Below, in pieces: positions 43,599-58,124 of a stretch of 64,000 nt of DNA. Below the pieces are notes generated by a model that had not been told where the DNA came from, did no database searches, and saw only the letters and a list, made by a program, of their open reading frames with translations. Origin of the DNA: Octopus vulgaris (Eukaryota). The translations under genes were made by a program, and so were the position numbers. The stretch is taken from the NCBI GenBank assembly GCA_951406725.2, contig OX597837.1, positions 16,058,001 through 16,122,000 of the forward strand. Direction: 5' to 3'. Every line of letters begins with the position of its first letter. The stretch's first letter is position 1.

Positions 43599-43909
43599 TT
43601 ATATATATATATACCTCGGATGTCTTAATAGAGATGATGGATAATGGTAAGTTAAAATGCCCAAACTTTTCCAATTGGAAGATCTGAGACATTATAAAAA
43701 CTTTTTTCGGTTAAATTTTATCTGAAGTAAACTTGCTTCAGGTTACATTCCAGTCAAACCAGGAAGTGTTGTACTTTTTAACGAGAACTCCTTACTCGAA
43801 TAAACCATGATATCACAAAACTTGATTTAAAAGATTTAGCTAATTCTATCAGGTGGTGCTATGAAGTTGGACATGGCTTGGACCAATCTTGGGCAGAAAT
43901 ATATATATG

Positions 43910-43961
<52 letters not shown>

Positions 43962-43980
43962 ATATATGCATATATATATA

Positions 43981-44060
<80 letters not shown>

Positions 44061-44061
<1 letters not shown>

Positions 44062-44243
44062 TTTATTTAAAAGCAGCAGAAATATAACTTTTGTTAACAA
44101 ATCTGTCCTAGGAACGGGAACGTGTAACTCTGAGTAACAACTTTAGTTATATTTCTGTTGCTTTTAAATAAAGCATATTACTCTGCCTCTGGTATTTGAG
44201 TACTCTTTTTTCCACCTTGTTTCGCATTTATGTGCCTACTCCG

Positions 44244-44246
<3 letters not shown>
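44061..44246 (+). mobile_element. Second copy of the 54395 element family, between (TA)n tracts
   Basis: Shares tttaaataaagcatattactct..ctggtatttgagtactcttttttccaccttgttt..actccggt with 54551-54633 and has a short (about 30 bp) 5' inversion. Confidence 0.8.
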
Positions 44247-44318
<72 letters not shown>

Positions 44319-44614
44319 AGCAGAGGTAAAGCCTAAACAACTAAAATAACAGTGACAATTATAACAATATTGTTTCGTTGAACAACAAAATACGAAGTAA
44401 ATGAAAACGTGAGAATATTTAAAGCAAAATTTTGCTTTAAAATATTTGGCATTACTGTTGAGGTCAGTTCTTTCTGACATTCCGCTAGGTGGCGTGCTTC
44501 AGTGACAAAAATCTTACTCGGTGATGAAAGAATATCTGTGTAGAATATCTGCTTCTTCGACAACATGTCTGTCTGTCTAGTTATCCATTTGCGCGCGAGA
44601 GAGAGTGTGTATAT

Positions 44615-44832
44615 ATAAGGAGAGTTTATGAAAAAAGCAAAAGACGAAGACAGGTGGTGTACAAAACAAACAGATGTATTAGTATAATGGTCAGGAATAG
44701 AAAAGGTCTTTTACGTTTCGAGCCTACGCTCTTCTACAGAAAGGGACACAGAAAAAACAAGGAGAGAAAAAAAGAAGAGAAAAAAGGTGAGAAAAAATGT
44801 GTGTAGTGGCTAACGATCTATCATGGCGACTG
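44615..44832 (-). mobile_element. Short Penelope-derived element with a minimal hammerhead-like motif
   Basis: Minus strand at 44706-44743: CUUU-CUGUAGA-AGAGC-GUAG-GCUC-GAAAC-GUA-AAAG. The left end is homologous to 10505-10575. Confidence 0.6.
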
Positions 44833-45097
44833 ATATATATAGTTACATCATTATTTACACACACACACACAATATATAAATATATATATTCATGACAAAA
44901 ATTTAACGCAGGGTTACATAGCGTTTGTTTAAATTATAAGCTTCCCTGTGAAAATCTAAGTAAATGTAGATGCATTACGTCATCAGAACAAGATACAAGC
45001 GCACGCGCACTCACTGAATCAAACTATTATTAAATCGTATTTGTAACTTCTACAAGATGTGCTGAGTGCCCCTTCCTTTCGTTTGTCCACCCTCTCA

Positions 45098-45128
<31 letters not shown>

Positions 45129-45130
45129 GT

Positions 45131-45284
<154 letters not shown>

Positions 45285-46227
45285 GTATGTATGTATATGT
45301 ATATACATATATATTCGTCTATCTGTATGTATGTAGCTATGTATGTATAATGACTGAGCAAAGCACGAAAAAGGCACAAAGAGCGGAACAAGTTTTAGCA
45401 GAAGTGTTAATAATATAATCCTTTATGGGAAACGGTCTTAGACGTTTCGGACGTTTGTTCTTCATCCAGGAAAATTAAAGAAGGAGGCAATGTGTTGGAA
45501 AGAAACATGTTAAGAGGCCAGGTGAGAATTGCATTCTAGGGAGAAGATTTAGTAAGGAGGAAGGAGGGAAAATGTCTATGCATGTATTAGAGGGTTGCTG
45601 TGTGGGAGATGGGAATCGTGGTGTTCGGGTATATGTGTGTGGTGTCTCGTTCGGGTGGTTGCCTGGGGTGTGTGGAAGCTGCAAGTATATATATTGTGTG
45701 TGTGTGTGTTTGTGTGTGTTTGCGGGTAATACATGCTTGCTTATCACTTTTATGCTTGCTTTCGCTCGTCTGAGGAGTGTAACGGAATGTTTACTGTTAA
45801 ACTCGTTCTTGCGGTCGGTCCTTAATGGAAATAAAAACCTCTTACGGTATCAAAAGACCAGTTCTATGGTTTCTATGATCTTCAGATGTGGTAATTTTTC
45901 TTGATGGATAAACTGTTTGGGAGTGCTGCAGTGGTTTTCAAATAATCTTTTGCAACACAGAAATAATGACGAATTGAAGAGGGATGTTTTTTGGTCGATT
46001 GGTTCTCTTTATCTTTTATATTTCACTCGTTTCATAATTTGATTGTGGTCATGCTGCAGCAACGCCATGAACGTATTTTACTTCTTACAGTGTTTCGTAC
46101 TTCTTATGTCGGTGTACTCGACATCGAGTGACTGCGAAATTGTCCGAAAGGAATCAACTGAGACGACAACCGACATCAACAGGACCTACGTACCTGTCCA
46201 TCCATCCATCCATCCATCCATCCATCC

Positions 46228-46343
<116 letters not shown>

Positions 46344-47348
46344 GACTGGCTGACTGGCTGCCTGTCTCATTCTGTATCTTACTATCTCTCAATATTTCCC
46401 CCTTTCACTTTCCTTCCCCACCTCTCGCCCCTTTTGTCCATTTTTACTCTTCTTGCGTGGACAATACGAACTTAGGACAGCAGTAACAAAGGGAGAGAGA
46501 CAGACAAACAGACAGAGATAAAGAGAGGCGAGAGAGAGAGAAAGGAAGAGAGAGAGATATATGAGAGAATGATGTGTATATGTATCCATATATTTGTGTG
46601 TATTTATAACTGTGTGAGTATGTGTGTGTTTATATGTATGTGTGTACGTGTTCGTGTGTGTATGCATATATATTTATAAAGAGAGATAGAGAGAAAGAGA
46701 GAAGTGGTTAGACGCCAAAAGAAGGAATGGCTTAGGGAATGGTTAGAGGTGGGAGGTGGACGGGGGGGGGGGGGCTGAAGAAGCTGAGAACAAGATGTGA
46801 ATTGAAGTTGTTACATGCAAAGTTCCCAAGACATCCAGACTGAAATCTAATTTCTGAATAAATAAATAAATAAAATAAATATAGAAATAAATAAAGATTA
46901 AAAATAACAGAAATATGTTAGAAAAACAACAACAACAACAACAGCTAATGCGGGAATGACAATATGTGGTGTAAGAGAAGGAGAGAGAGAGAGAGAGGGA
47001 GAGGGAGGGAGAGAGAGGGAGAGAGGGGGGAGCGAGTGTCATTCAACGTGCTAAACACTTAAAAACCGAAAGTGATGACGGGGGTAACCACTGAGTGTCA
47101 CGTGTGAATTCTAAGAGAAGAGAGACTTTCTAACCACTGGCCTCTCCCCGCCAGACCAACCCCACGGATCCCACCCTGGCCTCCTCGTTCGCTAAACCCT
47201 TTATGGCTGTTGTTATTACGTCCTCTTTTCGGGGGATTTCAAAATAAGACACAACCAGGCAGTTCTTTTTAAAGAGAAAAGAAAATATGAGAGAGAGCGG
47301 GGGAGAGAGAGAGAGTGTGTGTGTGTGTGTGCGTGCATGTGTGTGTTT

Positions 47349-47379
<31 letters not shown>

Positions 47380-47483
47380 GACATGTGTAGCTGGCAAATA
47401 TATTTCGTGATGGGGTTGTTATTCGCTCGTTTTGAATAGATGCATGCGTATGTATATACGTAAAATACATACATATATGTATG

Positions 47484-47563
<80 letters not shown>

Positions 47564-47629
47564 TGTGTGTGTGTGTTTCTGTATGTATATGTATATATGT
47601 ATGAATGTTTGTATGTATGTATATATATT

Positions 47630-47702
<73 letters not shown>

Positions 47703-48339
47703 GTGTGTGTATACATATATATATATGTATAATGCATATATATATGTATGTATATATATATATATGTATGTATATATATGCATGTATATATATATACATT
47801 TATATTATACATAGATATATACACTCACACTCATACATACGTGTGTGTGTGTGTGTGTGCATGAAACATATCGTGGTTATAAACGCATAAAGCCACATAG
47901 ACAAACACTAAGATATTATTCATAGTCATGGAGGCAACTCTGCTAAGAACCATTAAACAGTAAAAAGTAAAACCTTCCGAAGGCGCAATTGGGTCGCGCG
48001 AGCTGGCAGATGACATACTCTCAGCTTAAACGTATAAACGTATGTCGTGTTCCTCTACCGGAATCCATCTGCAACAACCGACGCTTCCCAATGGCATCTA
48101 GAATTGACACTTTGCACAGGGAAGCAGAGAAGGAACTGGATACACGCTCGGATTCATGGTCCTTCCCCGCCCCAGTCCTTTCCCTAGCAATCTTTGAAAA
48201 TCGTTAGAGATAGAGAACTGTGGAATAAATTGAAGAAGACACACGGTCAGCCATAGGGGACAGTTTCTGTTGGAAAGCCTTCTGGCGCAACAACTGGGTC
48301 GCAGAAACCAAGAAGAACAAGTCATCCTTTATATCTCTA

Positions 48340-48818
48340 TTCTTTGACTGTTTGCAGTCAAGGAACTGTGGCCATTTTGGGGCACAACCTCAATGTGATT
48401 CATTTGGCTGAGTATACCGATCCCGGTAGTTATTTCAGTTTAGTACACGTGTTTCAACGGTTGCCGCTAAGTTACCAAACACAAAGAGAAAGACAACATA
48501 AACATCACAGGACACACACGCACACAAACACACATACGCACACACATGAATACACACACACCCACGCACACACATACCCACGCACATCGCACCCTCACAC
48601 ACATACTTAGCTTGCTAGTGAGATAACTACATAAAAACAACATATAAAACAATAGCAAAGAAGGTACAAAATGAAAATAAAAAAAAATAAGGCATAAGAA
48701 AAGGATCTGACTTTTCGAGTTGACCCTGAATAAAAGAGAAGTAAAAGAAATAAAAGACGTAAGAGAAAAGAAGCAAAAACGATATCAATACACGACGACT
48801 ATCTACATTGCAGGACCG

Positions 48819-48875
<57 letters not shown>

Positions 48876-49200
48876 TGTGTGTGTGCGTGTGTAACCACAC
48901 ACTTGCGATTCATAAAACTTTTCTATCTCTGGACTTTTCCGTTTTCCTTTCTGACAAAGAGCTCAGCTCGAAACGTTAAAAACCCACTCTTCTTTCCCCC
49001 TTTAATACAATCCCATGTGTACGTCCTCTTGTTGTTTTGTTATTGTTACATTTGATGTTCGATTGTTAATGTTCAAATTTTAATATTCGATTTGACTGCA
49101 TATATACGGGCTTCTTTCAGTTTCCGTCTACCAAATCCACTTACAAGACTTGGAAATATAGTATGACACTTATCCACGCAGAAGAACTGAACCCGAAATC
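48340..49200 (-). mobile_element. Family A SINE split by microsatellites and a hammerhead-bearing insert (about 48900-49080)
   Basis: SINE tail at 48340-48480 and SINE body at 49105-49200. The plus strand at 48947-48981 reads CUUU-CUGACAA-AGAGC-UCA-GCUC-GAAAC-GUU-AAAA. Confidence 0.6.
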
Positions 49201-49211
49201 ATATGATGCCT

Positions 49212-49272
<61 letters not shown>

Positions 49273-49477
49273 CACACACAAAATATAAATAAATAGAGGT
49301 ATATCAAATACCATATAACATAATACTTTATTTATGGAAACTAGCTCCGTCACCCACTTTCAAGTGGAGCTGGTTTTAATTGCCATTTTTTAATTATGAT
49401 ACATCCTCATGAGGCCGCGAGAGTTTCAATAAATCAAGGATTTATGTTACATGATATTTGGTGTGTGTGTGTGTGTG

Positions 49478-49526
<49 letters not shown>

Positions 49527-50268
49527 TGAGAAAAGTGGGGAGATAGAGAAAGAGGTGGGTATTGGCCTCGGCATAACTTCTGTCTGCCAAATGTCTCGCG
49601 CACAAGGTATTGCCTCACCTGAGGCTTTTGATTCAAGATATTGGCAAAAAATGTCGCGTAGAGGGATTGAACACAAATATGCTGGTTTGCTGAGAGACCT
49701 TCTTCACTATATAATCATGTGGTTAAAATGGTTTTGCGCAAATGGAGTTGCGCCTACGCACGTATCCACAAGTAAAAAAAAAATGGACAAAAAAAAAGAT
49801 TCCTCAAATTTACTACGCATCTTTTTTTGATTTTTATATTTTCTTTTACTTCGAAAGTTTTTTTGTGTTTTTTTTACTGAAAAAGATTAATAAGGATTTC
49901 GTTGAGATAATTACACCAGATGCCGAGAGAGAATATATGTCGGGTGGAGAAAATATATGTCGGGTGGAGGGGAGCCAATGTGTTGATGCTTTTGTAGATC
50001 TGGTGAGGTTTTATTTTTAAGCATTTGATTTTTTTTCATTGGTAAACTAATGCGAACTGACTTATGTTAAGGGTTTGTCCCTTCAAAAAGGAATGCTTAG
50101 TACCAAGGCTGGCATAAATAATTGGCGCTACGTTTTCGATGCTTTTTTTATATGAGCGTGCATGTGTGTGTATGTGCGCGTACGTGTGTGTGCGTGTGCG
50201 TGCGAATGCATATGCGTGTCTGTGTGTGTGTGTGTGTGTGTGCGTGTGTGTGCGTGCGAATGCATATG

Positions 50269-50336
<68 letters not shown>

Positions 50337-51221
50337 TGCGTGCGTGCGTGTGTTGATTTTCGTTTTGGCTTACGGTTTGTTTTTTCGGAAAACTGACATG
50401 AAGAATAAAAAAAAAACAAAAAACACAAATGTTGACTTGCAAAGAGTCAATTTGAGAAGCGATGATAAAAGCTGACGAGAGAATCACGTGGCCTGATGGA
50501 GAGTAAGGAATTCCTCTCAGGTTTTATTTCCTTTCTTTTACTCGCCATAGTTTCTTCTTCTTCTTCTTCTTCAATGAATGAGTGAGTGATTCTCTGATTG
50601 ATGCGTTGCTTAAATGTCATGCATTTATCAAATATTACTCCAAGACTTTTGCTTCTGAGACAAACAGGAATGTTTGTCTCAGCAACACATGTTGCCGACG
50701 GTGAATTCATCGGCTTTTTATGTTCTTAAAAAAATAAAAACCTCCAACTTTTGTTGTTGTTGTTGTTGTTGTTGTTGTTTTTTCAGCCCCCTTGAAATGG
50801 CTTGTGAGTTTCGTTTGTTTTGACCGTGTTTTAGAAGTTTGTCTGAAAATTCTTTGCTCTGTATTCTTACCAAACTGACCAAGATTCTGAGGAATTGGTC
50901 ATTCCCTCGTATTTTCGCATTTCTGAATGAAATTTGCTAGTTTTTTTTTTCTGTAGATTACCAAGTTTTAAAAATTAAAACATGGTATCAAAAGTTTTGA
51001 CTGGATTCCAGAGGGAAATGAAGACCCTGTATTTTATTAAATTGTTTAAATAAATTTAATATTTGTTTAATTTAGTGGAGAACACTGATTGGTTCGGAAA
51101 AATCATGAATCCAGAAAACCACCGGAACAAAAATATTCTACAAAATCGATTTTGCGTCTGGATATAAAATGACAAAGAAAGACGGCGGATGATGATATTC
51201 AGCCAGTCGAGTGCAGATGAT

Positions 51222-51260
<39 letters not shown>

Positions 51261-51513
51261 GGAGGAGGAGGAGGAGGAGGATTGCTGCTCACTATATAAC
51301 AATAATTGTGATATAAAAGAAGTCATGAATGAAATATTTGACTAAGTTATTGTCAAACATATTTTCGTTGGAAATAAACGATAATTCGCCACAAAGTTTC
51401 TCTTTATAGTATTTTTAGGTTTCTGCATCTCGTGATATTTATTTCAATTACTGAAACAATGAAAGCAAAATGTTACAACGCAGAAAATGATGATGATGAT
51501 GATAATGATGATG

Positions 51514-51577
<64 letters not shown>

Positions 51578-51579
<2 letters not shown>

Positions 51580-52129
51580 GCCCTGATGCTGTACCAGGCA
51601 GTGGCTCTCATGGCTTCTGATCTTAACTGATAGGAAGTGTTATCATGTACATTTGTCTTGGTATAAAAGATGGGCTACAGCAAATATTCTACTCAATACC
51701 ACAGATTTGCTTGTCAGTTATTTGACCTTAACCAGTTGAGCATGTCCCTTGGTGGCTGACGATATGTGCATCTCTGATCACGAGCAGAAGTAGTGGGGGA
51801 GCATCATAGCCATGTGTTGAGAGGGATTCTTTGGGGTCTGAATAATTCACCTCTGGAAACATGGGTGGTTCTTTCAACATCCTTAAACAACCCTTTTTCA
51901 GGGACCTTTTGAGCGGGATGGGATACTCAACCTGAACAAAATTCTAACTGGGCCCCACCTGCAAGGTCATACGCTGTTTACCTTGATATGAGATCACCAT
52001 GTCGCGCACATATGGTTGTGATGCATGTGCCTGGTGTACCCTTATCAGACGGGTAGTCATGATGGGTATATTGGGCTTCGTATATTTTACCCCAGTGTCA
52101 CTTTGATGGCATGAACTGCTCTCTCACTC

Positions 52130-52130
<1 letters not shown>
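51578..52130 (+). mobile_element. About 550-bp non-coding insert within a (TAA)n tract, possibly the 3' UTR of a TAA-targeting LINE
   Basis: GC-balanced block flanked directly on both sides by (AAT)n; no long ORF. Confidence 0.5.
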
Positions 52131-52182
<52 letters not shown>

Positions 52183-52208
52183 TAATAATAATAATAATAA
52201 TAATAATA

Positions 52209-52270
<62 letters not shown>

Positions 52271-52279
52271 TATTGTTAC

Positions 52280-52336
<57 letters not shown>

Positions 52337-52485
52337 TCTCTCTCTCTCTTTCTCTGTATATATATATATGTGTGTGTGTGTGTATCAAATAAACAATTAA
52401 AAAATAGAGAAAAAGATTTAAAAAAAACGAACGTGAGGACGTGTATAAGAAATAAATCAATTTGACGCTCGGTGGAGAGAGTGAG

Positions 52486-52535
<50 letters not shown>

Positions 52536-52649
52536 GTTGCTAACGTTTTGAGTATGGAGCTCTTTGTCGGAAACAGGAAAAGTCTAAAGAGAAAGAAGGA
52601 AACATAAGGAAAAGTCGCCAACAGTCCACGTGCGGTTACGTTTCTGAAA

Positions 52650-53385
52650 TGACTTGCTTCCCAACCACAAACAACATAGTTCCAGGTTCAGTCCCACTGC
52701 GTGGTACCTTAGACAAGTATCATCCACTATAGCCTCAGGTCCACCAAAGCCTTGAGAGTGGATTCAATCGACGAAAACTGAAAGAAGCCCATCATATATA
52801 GTGCATATCTATACGTATCTGTTTGTCTTCCACCACCGCTTGGCAACCGGTGTTAGTAGATTTACGTCTCCGCAACCTAGCGTTTCAGTACAAGTAGTGA
52901 TCGATAGAATAAGTACCAGGCTTTAAAACCAAATGAGTAATGGGGTCGACTCATTCAACTAAAAATCCTTGAAGGCGATGCCCCAGCATGACCGCGGTCT
53001 GATAACTGAAACAAAGATATATACACACAGAGATGGATACATAGAAAAGCAAAGTCGGCCACCGGCAACTTTCGAACTCAGAACGTGAAGATGGACGAAC
53101 CGGCGCTGAGCATTTTGCCCGGTGCACTAACCATTCCGCTAGTTCGCCTCCTTATATGAGTGAATTTGAATAGGAATATTAATGATAATAGCTTCAAATT
53201 TTGGTATATGGCCAGTAATTTCGGGATTAAGGCAATTACACGGAGCCCAGTGCTCAACTGGTACTTATTTTATCGACTCCAAAAGAATGAAAGACAAAGC
53301 CGACCTTGGTGACATTTGAACTCAGAATGTGAAGACGGACGAAACGACGATAGCGATTTCGCTCGGCGTGCTAAAGATTCAGCCA
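52650..53385. mobile_element. SINE cluster: family A (+, 52650-53015) and two family B copies (-, 53050-53150 and 53200-53385)
   Basis: Family A body and tail (ggcgatgccccagcatgaccgcggtc..actgaaac) and family B cores. Confidence 0.75.
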
Positions 53386-53499
53386 TATTGAATCCATAAA
53401 AGATAAATACATGAAGAAAATAGGTTTGGGATCCCCTATCCTTAATTCGTAAAAGACTCTAGGGACAGAGATTGGATTTTATATATATATATATATATA

Positions 53500-54304
53500 T
53501 TTATATTATATTGAGGGTACTACTATTCGTAGATACCAACACGCTAAGAGGGACCAATGCGGTCAAAACTACTAAAAGTAAACAAAATTTTACCGAATGC
53601 AAAACTTCAAAACACATCATTTTAAAAAAGAATTCAGTTACATATCAGATGTGATTTCGCATTTAATGCAGAATATGCATTTCATGTTCATCAGTGCAAC
53701 AAACTCAAGAAATATAAGAGAAAACATAACATTACAAGCTCGATAGCCAACCGTAGAATTCGTCGTAGCATGTACGAATGTTTATCTTTACATATCTATC
53801 AAAATGGCGGGCTTATTCGCAATGCATTTCGGTGACAAATTGTCTAGTCGGAATAAAAATTCAATATTGAACTATTCCGGTCAAAAATATAAATTAACAA
53901 TTGAGGATAAAATCTTTAAAAGAAATTATCAGTAGTCAGCGTGAAAAACCTCGGTTGGCTATCGAGCTTGTAATGTTATGTTTTCTCTTATATTTCTTGA
54001 GTTTGTTGCACTGATGAACATGAAATGCATATTCTGCATTAAATGCGAAATCACATGTGATATGTAACTGAATTCTTTTTAAAATGATGTGTTTTGAAGT
54101 TTTGCATTCGGTAAAATTTTGTTTACTTTTAGTAGTTTTGACCGCATTGGTCCCTCTTAGCGTGTTGGTATCTACGAATAGTAGTACCCTCAATATAATA
54201 TAAATGAATATTTTCAAAGAGGAAGAATTTACGGATTGTTTCTCTTACGAGGTTTTTCACGCTGACTACTGATAATTTCTTTTAAAGATTTTATCCTCAA
54301 TTGT

Positions 54305-54308
<4 letters not shown>
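53500..54308. mobile_element. Interleaved double inverted-repeat element between (TA)n tracts
   Basis: Arm A (about 53503-53753) is inverted at about 53953-54202, and arm B (about 53895-53953) is inverted at about 54248-54307. Confidence 0.75.
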
Positions 54309-54383
<75 letters not shown>

Positions 54384-54394
54384 ATATATATCTT

Positions 54395-54630
54395 TGCTTT
54401 ATTTAAAGCAGCAGAAAATTCAACAAAACCTGTTACTCTGAGTTTCCCGTTGCCGTTCATCGGACAGTTTTTGCTAGATTCTTGCAAAAACTGTCCGATG
54501 AACGGCAACGAGAAACTCAGAGTAACAGGTTTTGTTGAATTTTCTGCTGCTTTAAATAAAGCATATTACTCTACCACTGGTATTTGAGTACTCTTTTTTC
54601 CACCTTGTTTCAAATTTTTTTTTTCACTCC

Positions 54631-54633
<3 letters not shown>
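54395..54633 (+). mobile_element. Foldback element with a hammerhead-like motif, between (TA)n tracts
   Basis: 80-bp arms at 54395-54474 and 54484-54563 with one mismatch. 54491-54528 reads CUGU-CCGAUGA-ACG-GCAA-CG(A/G)-GAAAC-UCAGA-GUA-ACAG. Confidence 0.75.
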
Positions 54634-54670
<37 letters not shown>

Positions 54671-54672
<2 letters not shown>

Positions 54673-54938
54673 ACTATGTGGATAACTCTAGTGCTAAAAA
54701 TAGCTCCGATAGTATTGCCAACTTTCCTTCCGTTAAATGTATGTTAATTCTAGTTGGAAACATCTTTTTTTGTGGCAATACTATCGGAGCTATTTTTAGC
54801 ACTAGAGTTATCCACATAGTGGATAACTCTCTAATAATTTATGTATAAATTTGTATTTTCTCCGTAGTTTTTTGTGCTAAGCCACTCGGTGTTAAATTAA
54901 TGGTATTATTAAATTAATATCAATTTTTCACCCTCATT
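54671..54938. mobile_element. Foldback element between (TA)n tracts
   Basis: Perfect 50-bp arms at 54671-54720 and 54773-54822. The right end ttttcaccctca resembles the shared TGAGGG terminus. Confidence 0.7.
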
Positions 54939-54996
<58 letters not shown>

Positions 54997-55493
54997 TGTA
55001 TGTATGTATACACTTACACATATATATACAAGCATAGCCACATAGGTACATACGTACATACATAATGTATATATATATATATATATTGCCGCTATATATA
55101 TATATATATTGTTGCGCGTACCCGTGGACGCATACAGTGAATTGTCGGACCGTGTAAACGGCGACTGAATACACAATAGAGGGGTGTCAAGGATCGTTGT
55201 TTATTTGTCCACGACAGGTTGGAACAGAGAAAAAGTGTAAAGAAATGTGTGAGCTTCAGTGTGTGTGTGTGTGTGTGTGCATGAATGTTAATTCGTTAGT
55301 CATTCCTGTGTATAAACACCTACTTTCCTCTAAAAAAAAAAAAAAGACCGTAATAGAAGGCGCGTTTCTGCAAACATACATACATGCAGATACACGACAG
55401 AGACACGCGCGCACAGGCACACACACACACACACACACACAAACTCATACATCTATATATATATACATATATATGTATGTATGTATATATATA

Positions 55494-55536
<43 letters not shown>

Positions 55537-55551
55537 ACATATATATGTATG

Positions 55552-55612
<61 letters not shown>

Positions 55613-56309
55613 TTACACATAGATAGATACATACATATACATATACATACATATATTCACACACACACACACACATATATACTTATATTACAGATATCCG
55701 CATGCGCACAAATATCCAGAATTGTCCACAAACAATGTCGAAGTCAGTGGCTCACTGATGCTGTTGTGGCCCCACCCGACATTCTATTCTATTCAGAGTT
55801 AATCCTACCTGGATGACTACCTTAATCTCGCTCGACCCCCGACCTTGCATCAATTAGGTTTCGTATCCCCCTTTATTATATGGGGTGTGGAGAAACAGAG
55901 CATATACCCGTCGCAAAATAGGAAGTACACGGTGAATTCAGTTTCGTTTCCTAGCTTGCTTTTCCAGCTCACTCAAACAAATGTCTACGCAGACACGACC
56001 AACACCAACACGAATATCGCTGTTTGTTTTGTTTTACTCTTTTCATTCACATCAATAAAAGATAAAACACCCACTGTGTAAGAAGACTGTTCGCTTCGTC
56101 GTACGATGTGTGTGAGAGAGAGAGAGAGGGAGAGAGAGAGAGAGGGAGAGAGAGAGAGAGAGAGGGAGAGAGAGAGAGGGAGAGAGGGAGAGAGAGAGAG
56201 GGAGAGAGGGAGAAGGAGAGAGGGTGAAAACTTAAAATTGTATGTATGGCTGTACGTACGCATTTTTCAGGTATTTGTATTTGTTAATTAATTTTACCCT
56301 CAATTGTTG

Positions 56310-56383
<74 letters not shown>

Positions 56384-56503
56384 TCAGTCTGCCTGCACAT
56401 AAATATACACCCACCACAAATATATGCCCTCATAAATGTCACCTAAAGATGAATTTTCATATATATATATACATATGTATATATGTATGTATACTTACAT
56501 ACA

Positions 56504-56545
<42 letters not shown>

Positions 56546-57019
56546 GAAAGAGGCTTTGAAAATGCAGAGGTCTTTTAAAGATCTTTATTGACTTGACTGG
56601 TTTCACTTTTTTAAAAAAAGATTATCAAAAGTAAAATATAACTTATGTAACCTTTGTTGTATTAAAAAATGGTTATCATAGTTGTATTAAAATACAGTTA
56701 TACAGTCTTTGACAATGATAGGAAAATGTTAAGAGGGGACCGTTTTGTTTAAACAGTTTACATGAAAATATTCAAAATAGGTAGTAAAATTAATTTATAA
56801 TTATTTTCAAGTTCATCGAACATCATGATTGTACAGAAGCATATACACAGAAAGAATCATATTTAAGTATTTATACAGCATTTTAGGGGAATGACCAACC
56901 TTTTCTTCCTTCATCTCCAGTATATACATACATATATACATATATACATATATACATACATACATACATACATACATACACATACATACATACATATACA
57001 TATACATACATACATGTAC

Positions 57020-57056
<37 letters not shown>

Positions 57057-57265
57057 TATATATATGTAAATATATCAAACCCAAGCAGTTTTGTTTGTTT
57101 GTGTCATTGTCTCCCATATCTGCTCACCTTGATTCCTCTAATGGCCAATCCTTCATACCCCAGGGATTTAATCCTCACTAAAGGGTTCAGAGAGTAAGTT
57201 CAAATCATTTGAGCGTTACAAAGTGTTCTCTATGTTGAGAACCTCTGGATCCCATCTGTTCACTC

Positions 57266-57344
<79 letters not shown>

Positions 57345-57589
57345 GTGTGTATATATATACATTGTTGACGTCATAAGAATTCATAATCTTTCGCGAGAAC
57401 CTCAACTTACTCTTTTCGAGGATATCTCGAAGCACGCCCATCCAAAGCGATAATAGCATGTAAATAAGGGGTTGAAAAACCCTTCTGCATATAACGTGTA
57501 TGTGTGTATTTATGTTTATTTTTATACTTTTGTATATACTTATGCAGGAAACGCATCCAGTGTGTTAATGCGTCGGTACGACTGAAGAC

Positions 57590-58010
57590 GTGTTTTGTTG
57601 CTGTAACCGTTCTGTATTGAGCGCTAACTTTGAAACACCCCGAAGAGCACCTAAATGAGATCTCAGTGGATGCCCTTTGCTCAGTTCATTCGTGCATCTT
57701 ACAACGAAGCTCTATGGAAGCAAAACATGGAAGAGAGCCAAAATAAAGGACATCATGTGAAACAAACCAAGTATTAAGAAGAGAATATTATGATGAAGAG
57801 TTCAAAGCATGACAACGAGCCAAAGAATAGGTCGGGTTGGTCACGTGTTGCGATGGAAAAGGTCGTTGGTGAATAAGGACAACATTGAGGAGGGCAACAA
57901 CAGGAGTCAGAAAAGAAGATGGCGGCCATTTGGGCTTGAATAATCAGAGGGTACCGGAGGATTGCCAATAGACATTCAGAAAACAGAAAATGTGTGACAA
58001 TTCAAGAACT
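57590..58010 (+). mobile_element. RTE-like LINE 3' relic
   Basis: LYGSKTW and VGHVLRW...KDNIEEG...KRRWRP resemble RTE LYGxETW and GHVLR...GKRxRGRP. Confidence 0.55.
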
Positions 58011-58061
58011 TTGAAAGAGTATTATGACCCGACCATTAAGCATGCACAAGAAAGACAAACG

Positions 58062-58124
<63 letters not shown>

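Noticed and set aside
47980-48330. Possible sFRP CRD exon
   Set aside because: No frizzled cysteine spacing or LPN/FLCS/PCR motifs in the minus-strand frames I read, and stops are present.
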